Shown piece after piece: positions 27,509 through 32,000 of a DNA stretch of 32,000 nucleotides. The first letter of the stretch is position 1. Every line of letters starts with the position of its first letter. The stretch is from NCBI GenBank assembly GCA_964536865.1, contig CAZHYN010000001.1, positions 150,001 to 182,000 of the forward strand. Reading direction: 5' to 3'. Origin of the DNA: an uncultured Planctomycetia bacterium. GTDB lineage: Bacteria > Omnitrophota > Gorgyraeia > Duberdicusellales > 4484-171. Position numbers and translations under genes: made by a program. The notes below the pieces were generated by a model that was not told where the DNA came from, did not search any database, and saw nothing but the letters and a program-made list of their open reading frames with translations.

Positions 27509-28058
27509 CTTCCTTTACCTTTTCTATAAGTTCCCTCTTATCTTTAAGTTGAAGAATAAATTTTTTAAGCAAAGCTTTACCTCGATAAGGCCAGAACCCA
27601 AACTTTTTTGCTTCCTGATATGCTTCTTTAGGAGTCCAATTATATATTGCTACTCTATAGAGAGCAACCATTGCTCCTGTTCTGTCTCTACCACTCTCGC
27701 AGTGGACAAATACTGGCTGGTTTTCTTTGTTTATAACTACCTTTAAAAATTTGATAATTTGCTCATCAGTAGGTTGACTGTATACGCTCATAGGGATGTG
27801 ATAGAAGCTCATATCCAGTTTTTTAGTAAATTCTCTTTCCCATTTTAATTTATCATTTTCCCCCCTTAAGTTGATTATTGTCTTTACTCCCAGAGATTTT
27901 AACACTTCTAGACCTTTCTGGGTAGGTTGACCTCCTCTTAAGACAGCTTGATCTACTCGATGAAAATTAGGAATCGTCAGAAAAGGATCGCTAACATAAG
28001 TTAAATAAGCACATCCACAGAAGAAAAGTAAAGTTATTTTCCAGAGATTTTTCTTCAC
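27498..28058 (-). CDS. Cys-based protein tyrosine/dual-specificity-type phosphatase, probable lipoprotein
   Basis: The HCX5R(S/T) active site VHCESGRDRTG is present. The N-terminus resembles a lipoprotein signal (ITLLFFCGC). Confidence 0.8.
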   Translation of the reverse strand: MKKNLWKITLLFFCGCAYLTYVSDPFLTIPNFHRVDQAVLRGGQPTQKGLEVLKSLGVKTIINLRGENDKLKWEREFTKKLDMSFYHIPMSVYSQPTDEQIIKFLKVVINKENQPVFVHCESGRDRTGAMVALYRVAIYNWTPKEAYQEAKKFGFWPYRGKALLKKFILQLKDKRELIEKVKEEYD

Positions 28059-28187
28059 TTTTTTATTATACCACTTTTATTACATAGTGAGGAAATGATT
28101 TTTAAAAATATTTTGAGCTTTTTAGTAAAGAGAAGATATTTTTTCTTGAAGATACAGGAATAAAGGTTAAGATAAGGGTAGAGGAGA

Positions 28188-29039
28188 ATGCTAGCTTCCA
28201 TCTTTCAAAAATTTATCTTCCAAACCCTAATTATTTTTTCTCTTCTGATTATCTTTTTCTTACTATATGTAAAATACTTTGAAAAGAAAGGTATTTTCTA
28301 TCCTACCTCTGAGATAATAGCTACTCCCAAAAGTAAAGGTCTAGACTATCAAGAAATATATCTTTTAACTGAAGATGGAGTAAGATTAAATGCTTGGTTT
28401 ATTGAGGTAGAAAATCCTTTAGCTACACTTTTGTTTTGTCATGGGAATGCAGGTAATATTAGTCATAGAGTGGAGATAATAAAGATGTTTCATGATGTTG
28501 GTCTTAATGTTTTTATCTTTGATTATCGGGGGTATGGAAAAAGTCAAGGAAGACCTTCAGAAAAGGGTCTCTATCAAGATGCCTTATCTAGTTACAAATA
28601 TCTTCTTCAGGAAAAGAAAATTCTTCCTCAGAGGATAATAATTTACGGAAAATCTATCGGGGGAAATGTAGCGATTAATTTAGCTTTCCAGATAAAAAAC
28701 GGTTTTCTCATTTGTGATAGCGCCTTTACTTCTGCTTTAGATATGGGTAAACACCTTTTTCCTTTTCTTCCTCGATTCTTTTTGAGATCTATTCTAGGAG
28801 TAAGATTTGACGCCTTCTCTAAAATTAAAGAAATTTCTATCCCCAAGTTGATTATTCATAGTAAAGACGATGAAATTGTTCCTTTTAAGTATGGGGAAAA
28901 ACTTTTTATTTATGCTTCACCTCCTAAGGAATTCTATATTTTAAATGGTTCCCATAATGAAGCTGTCTTTCTTCATTCCAGAGAATATATTTCTACAGTT
29001 AGGAGATTTGTAGAGAAATATTTGGAGGGTCAAAAATAG
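28188..29039 (+). CDS. Alpha/beta hydrolase (BEM46/ABHD13-like) with an N-terminal TM anchor
   Basis: It has the motifs FCHGNAGN and DYRGYGKSQG, the nucleophile GKSIGG, and C-terminal Asp and His candidates (SKDDEIVP, GSHNE). Confidence 0.8.
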   Translation: MLASIFQKFIFQTLIIFSLLIIFFLLYVKYFEKKGIFYPTSEIIATPKSKGLDYQEIYLLTEDGVRLNAWFIEVENPLATLLFCHGNAGNISHRVEIIKMFHDVGLNVFIFDYRGYGKSQGRPSEKGLYQDALSSYKYLLQEKKILPQRIIIYGKSIGGNVAINLAFQIKNGFLICDSAFTSALDMGKHLFPFLPRFFLRSILGVRFDAFSKIKEISIPKLIIHSKDDEIVPFKYGEKLFIYASPPKEFYILNGSHNEAVFLHSREYISTVRRFVEKYLEGQK

Positions 29040-29040
29040 T

Positions 29041-29069
29041 TTGACTTATTGAAGAATAGTTTTTAAAAT
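29041..29069 (+). promoter_or_regulatory. Sigma70-type promoter for the tRNA gene
   Basis: The promoter reads TTGACT (29041-29046), 17 nt spacer, TAAAAT (29064-29069), 11 nt before the mature tRNA 5' end. Confidence 0.6.
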
Positions 29070-29080
29070 TTAATTATTCT

Positions 29081-29154
29081 GGCGGGATAGCTCAGTCTGG
29101 TAGAGCGAACGGCTCATACCCGTTGTGTCAGCGGTTCAAATCCGCTTCCCGCCA
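29081..29154 (+). tRNA. tRNA with CAT anticodon: elongator tRNA-Met, or tRNA-Ile2 if C34 is lysidinylated
   Basis: A hand-folded cloverleaf fits. The acceptor is GGCGGGA/TCCCGCC, the D stem GCTC/GAGC, and the anticodon stem AACGG/CCGTT with loop CTCATAC (CAT at 29115-29117). The T stem is AGCGG/CCGCT with loop TTCAAAT, and the discriminator is A. The 1:72 pair is G:C, so this is not an initiator. CCA is not encoded. Confidence 0.9.
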
Positions 29155-29240
29155 TTATTTTAGGATTTGGGAAGGGGGGAAGACGATAGAAGTTGAAGTA
29201 AAGCTTCCCACTGCAGTTAATAATAAATCTAATAATAATT

Positions 29241-29865
29241 ACTGATGAAGACTTCTTTTTATGTATTAATTGCTTTTTTAGACAAGCGGAGCTTTTGAGT
29301 AATCTCTGCAAGCCCTCACTTCCTAAAAAGGAGAAGTTCTTAAGAGATATTGCTAAATTTAACTCTTTTAAGGAAAAAGGCCAGAAAAGTCTATTTCAAA
29401 ATTAACCATTTCAAAATTTTTAAGCAGAAACTAGAGAAATCAAAAGTAGTATTAATTCTAGTAGACAACGTAGGAGAGACTTTTTTTGATAGAATTTTTC
29501 TAAAAGAGATTAAGAAATTTAAACCTTCTTTGAATTTATTCTATGCTACTCGCTCCTCCCCCATCATTAACGATGCTCAATTAATTGATGCCTATAAAGC
29601 AGGTATTGATAAATTCGCTAAGGTAATCTCTACAGGGTGTGACTACCCGGGAATTGTTTTAGATAAAACCTCTTCTAATTTTAAGAGGATATATAAAAGA
29701 ACAGATTTAATCGTTGCTAAAGGACAAGGTAATTTTGAGTCTTTTTCTTCCAGAAAAGATATCTTCTATCTTTTTCAAGTTAAATGTTCCCCTGTATCTG
29801 AAGATTTAAAAGTCTCTTTAGGATCTTTTGTTTTTCTTTATAATAAGATACCTTCTCTAAGATAG
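29241..29865 (+). pseudogene. DUF89 (ARMT1-like damage-control phosphatase) gene, frameshifted and apparently internally deleted
   Basis: The C-terminal ORF (29350-29865) has DUF89 motifs (LILVDNVGETFFD, AKGQGNFES). It contains no ATG and would need a TTG start right after an in-frame TAA. A different frame (29202-29405) encodes ...FLCINCFFRQAELLSNL..., which matches the CxxCxxxQ N-terminus of DUF89. Only about 68 codons separate CxxC from DNxGE, which is shorter than I expect for this family. Confidence 0.5.
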
Positions 29866-29897
29866 TTTCCTCATTTAAAAGTAATTTTTCGATTTGT

Positions 29898-29926
29898 TTG
29901 ACAAAAGTATTTCTCAGAGATAAAAT
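29898..29926 (+). promoter_or_regulatory. Strong sigma70-type promoter about 190 nt upstream of the EIIA-like gene
   Basis: The promoter reads TTGACA (29898-29903), 17 nt spacer, TAAAAT (29921-29926). This implies a leader of about 185 nt. Confidence 0.55.
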
Positions 29927-30118
29927 TTATTTAATTTATCTAACAAAAATAAAATGATAATTTTTATAGAAACAAGAAATATGTTTTTCCAGAGAGTGGA
30001 GAAAGAGTTGCTCTATAAATAGTATAAAAAAACAAAGGGGTCGCTTGTATTGTTTCTCTTCTCCTTCAAACCCTTAGAATTTTGAGGATTTTCATCTACA
30101 AGAAAGGAGGAAACGGAT

Positions 30119-30577
30119 ATGAAAGTAGCCAATTTTTTAAGAAAAGAAAGAATAATTATGAATTTGCAAGCACAAACTAAAGAAGAGGCAATAAGAGAAG
30201 TAGCCAACCTTATAAAAGATGCTCCTGAAGTAATAAATTTTGAGAATTTTCTGAAGGATATCTTTGATAGAGAAGCTTTGGCTACTACAGCCATTGGTAA
30301 TCAAACTGCTATCCCACACGCTCGAAGTGATAATGTGAAGAGTTTTATTATAGCTTTTGGACGTTCTAAAGAAGGGATAAACTTTAATGCTCTGGATAAT
30401 AGGCCGGTAAAGTTGATATTCTTAATGGGTACCCCCAAAGAGGAAGGAATAAATGACTATCTTAAAATTTTGGCTCACCTTACCCGCCTTCTTCAGAAAG
30501 AGACTTTTTGTGAAAGTCTCCTCAAAGCTAAATCGTCTGAGGAGATTATAGAGGAGTTTGAAAAGGTTGAAAGATAA
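30119..30577 (+). CDS. PTS EIIA type-2 (PtsN/EIIA-Ntr-like) regulatory protein
   Basis: The active-site region STAIGNQTAIPHARSD, containing the phospho-His, is present. The size (152 aa) and the pattern VKLIFLMGTPKEE...YLKILAHLTRLL are typical of the EIIA fructose/mannitol/Ntr family. A good SD (AAGGAGG) precedes the start. Confidence 0.85.
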   Translation: MKVANFLRKERIIMNLQAQTKEEAIREVANLIKDAPEVINFENFLKDIFDREALATTAIGNQTAIPHARSDNVKSFIIAFGRSKEGINFNALDNRPVKLIFLMGTPKEEGINDYLKILAHLTRLLQKETFCESLLKAKSSEEIIEEFEKVER

Positions 30578-30586
30578 TCCCAATTA

Positions 30587-31780
30587 ATGGATGTTTTATT
30601 CTTTGTTGGTTTAGCTCTCCTTGTTGGTTTCTTAGGAGGGAGAGTATCTCACCGTATAAAGTTTCCTGCAGTTGTTGGCTATTTAATAGGGGGACTAATC
30701 TTAGGACCTTCTTTTCTGAACATCCTCAACTTAAATCTCCTCAATAACTTAGGAGTATTTAACGACATAGCTTTAGCATTGGTGGCATTCGTGATCGGTA
30801 GTGAGCTCCATCTCTCTACTCTAAAAAAAATGGGTAGAAGTATAATTACTATTATACTTTCCGAATCATTTGGTGCTTTTTTATTAGTAGTTTTAGGAGT
30901 GTATCTTTTAACGGGGAAGCTATATATAGCTTTAATCTTTGGAGCAATGGCTCCTGCCTCTGCTCCTGCAGGTACAGCAGTAGTACTGCAAGAGTACAAA
31001 GCAAAAGGCCCTCTTACTAACGCTCTTTATGCAGTAGTAGGGTTAGATGACGGATTAGCTATTATTATTTATGCCTTTGCTGCGAGTCTTGCTAAACTTA
31101 TTCTCACCGGTGAGCCTTTTTCTTTCTTAGGGTTGCTTCAAGGTCCTTTCAAAGAAATAGTAGGAGCAGTAACCCTAGGTGGGATAGGGGGAGTAGGTTG
31201 TGGGTATATACTTAAGAAGCTGAGAAAAGAAACAGATATCTTAGCCGTATCTTTAGGAGTAATTTTTATTGTCACCGGGTTAGCTAAATACTTCCATTTT
31301 TCTTTGATTCTAACCAATCTAACTCTAGGATTATTTTTTTCTAATATTTTTTTATTTTTGAGTCGAAGAACTATAGATATAATTAACCGCATTGCTACTC
31401 CTATTTATATTATCTTTTTTGTAATAGCGGGAGCCCATCTTCAGTTGAGACTTCTCTCTGTAATGGGGATTTTAGGGATTATTTATATAGTGTGCAGAAT
31501 TTCCGGAAAAATGGGTGGTGCTTTCTTAGGAGCTATTATGAGTAAACCGCATCCTGCTATCAGAAAGTATCTAGGTTTAGGTATTCTTTCTCAGGCAGGT
31601 GTAGCTATAGGTTTAGCTATTTTAGTTACCAGAGAATTTTCTTCTCTGGGAGAAGTAGGAAAAAATTTATCTTTACTGGTGATAAATACTATAGCAGCTA
31701 CTACTATTATATTTGAAATTCTTGGTCCTATAGGGACAAAGATAGCAATTACTAAAGCTGGGGAAGCAAGAAGAGGGTAA
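30587..31780 (+). CDS. CPA2-family cation:proton antiporter (Kef/NapA-like membrane domain only)
   Basis: The 397-aa polytopic protein has an N-terminal FPAVVGYLIGGLILGPSFLN motif typical of the Na_H_Exchanger family. No KTN/TrkA domain is present. Confidence 0.85.
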   Translation: MDVLFFVGLALLVGFLGGRVSHRIKFPAVVGYLIGGLILGPSFLNILNLNLLNNLGVFNDIALALVAFVIGSELHLSTLKKMGRSIITIILSESFGAFLLVVLGVYLLTGKLYIALIFGAMAPASAPAGTAVVLQEYKAKGPLTNALYAVVGLDDGLAIIIYAFAASLAKLILTGEPFSFLGLLQGPFKEIVGAVTLGGIGGVGCGYILKKLRKETDILAVSLGVIFIVTGLAKYFHFSLILTNLTLGLFFSNIFLFLSRRTIDIINRIATPIYIIFFVIAGAHLQLRLLSVMGILGIIYIVCRISGKMGGAFLGAIMSKPHPAIRKYLGLGILSQAGVAIGLAILVTREFSSLGEVGKNLSLLVINTIAATTIIFEILGPIGTKIAITKAGEARRG

Positions 31781-32000
31781 TGGGAGTTAGTAGTTTGTTA
31801 ATATTTGGAGGAGCTATTCTTTTTGCTTTTATGGCAGGAAGGGTGGCCGAACGTCTTAGGGCTCCATTAGTGATAGGGTATGTTTTGATAGGAGTTATTT
31901 TGGGTAACTCTTTTCTAAACATTTTTAATCCTGATTTAGTAAATCGTATGGAGATAGTTAATGATTTAGCTCTCGGAATAATTGCTTTTATTATCGGGGG
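31780..32000 (+). CDS. Second, paralogous CPA2 cation:proton antiporter (5' part; truncated by the window end)
   Basis: My own translation from the ATG at 31780 (TAATG overlap with the previous stop) gives MGVSSLLIFGGAILFAFMAGRVAERLRAPLVIGYVLIGVILGNSFLNIFNPDLVNRMEIVNDLALGIIAFIIG. This parallels the N-terminus of the preceding antiporter. Confidence 0.7.
   Translation, partial: MGVSSLLIFGGAILFAFMAGRVAERLRAPLVIGYVLIGVILGNSFLNIFNPDLVNRMEIVNDLALGIIAFIIG

Noticed and set aside
27453-27746. 97-aa + strand ORF overlapping the phosphatase gene
   Set aside because: It lies antisense to a gene with a clear HCX5R active site. Its composition is Phe/Ile/Leu-rich shadow frame, and its 5' end is simply the 21-bp duplication read in reverse.
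28096-28164. 22-codon + strand ORF (MIFKNILSFLVKRRYFFLKIQE) in the divergent intergenic region
   Set aside because: The SD-like GAGGA lies only 1-2 nt from the ATG, the ORF is very short, and there is no supporting signal.
29114-29311. 65-aa minus-strand ORF
   Set aside because: It overlaps the tRNA gene and the DUF89 N-terminal remnant, so it is spurious.
29997-30011. Sigma54-like element TGG-N9-TTGC (TGGAGAAAGAGTTGC) upstream of the EIIA(Ntr)-like gene
   Set aside because: The spacing fits the -24/-12 pattern and the ptsN context is tempting. However, only the minimal GG/GC core plus flanking T's match. Several such hits are expected by chance in this window. No rpoN gene or enhancer-binding protein is visible.
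1-32000. Search for CRISPR arrays, rRNA genes, additional tRNAs and long dispersed repeats
   Set aside because: No regularly spaced direct repeats, rRNA-like segments or further cloverleaf candidates were seen by eye. A computational scan with tRNAscan-SE, Infernal and a repeat finder would be needed to be sure.

Overview
This 32 kb window comes from an AT-rich, probably diderm bacterium. It has a TolC/RND efflux operon and lipoprotein signals, and gatCAB is present. Nearly all genes are on the + strand and tightly packed, with many ATGA/TAATG start-stop overlaps.

There are three parts:
(1) 1-13,890 is an accessory-looking left block. It holds a TetR-regulated efflux operon in the order OMF, MFP, RND, with a translationally coupled alpha/beta hydrolase and a small PII-like protein. 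A MarR regulator and a 473-aa radical SAM enzyme follow. The block ends with a lipid-flavoured run: phasin-like protein, ABC1/UbiB kinase, patatin phospholipase, MFS transporter and hotdog thioesterase.
(2) 13,891-14,900 is about 1 kb of non-coding debris. It contains a GC-rich, frameshifted C-terminal remnant of a PD-(D/E)XK (Cas4/AddB-like) nuclease and a multiply broken IS256-family transposase remnant.
(3) 14,900-32,000 is a mostly housekeeping right block: cvpA, NIF3-like, dnaG, rpoD, gatCAB, S41 protease, tsaD and mgtC. It also carries several odd modules. One is a bactofilin fused to an excisionase-type HTH, followed by a membrane-anchored HTH paralog. Another is a minus-strand operon of a lipoprotein Cys-phosphatase plus two small secreted unknowns, with a perfect 21-bp tandem duplication at a gene junction. 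The rest are an alpha/beta hydrolase, tRNA-Met(CAT), a broken DUF89 gene, and an EIIA(Ntr)-like gene followed by two tandem CPA2 cation/proton antiporters, the second truncated by the window end.

No rRNA or CRISPR array was seen. All family assignments rest on motifs I recognise by eye in the supplied translations. No database search was possible.
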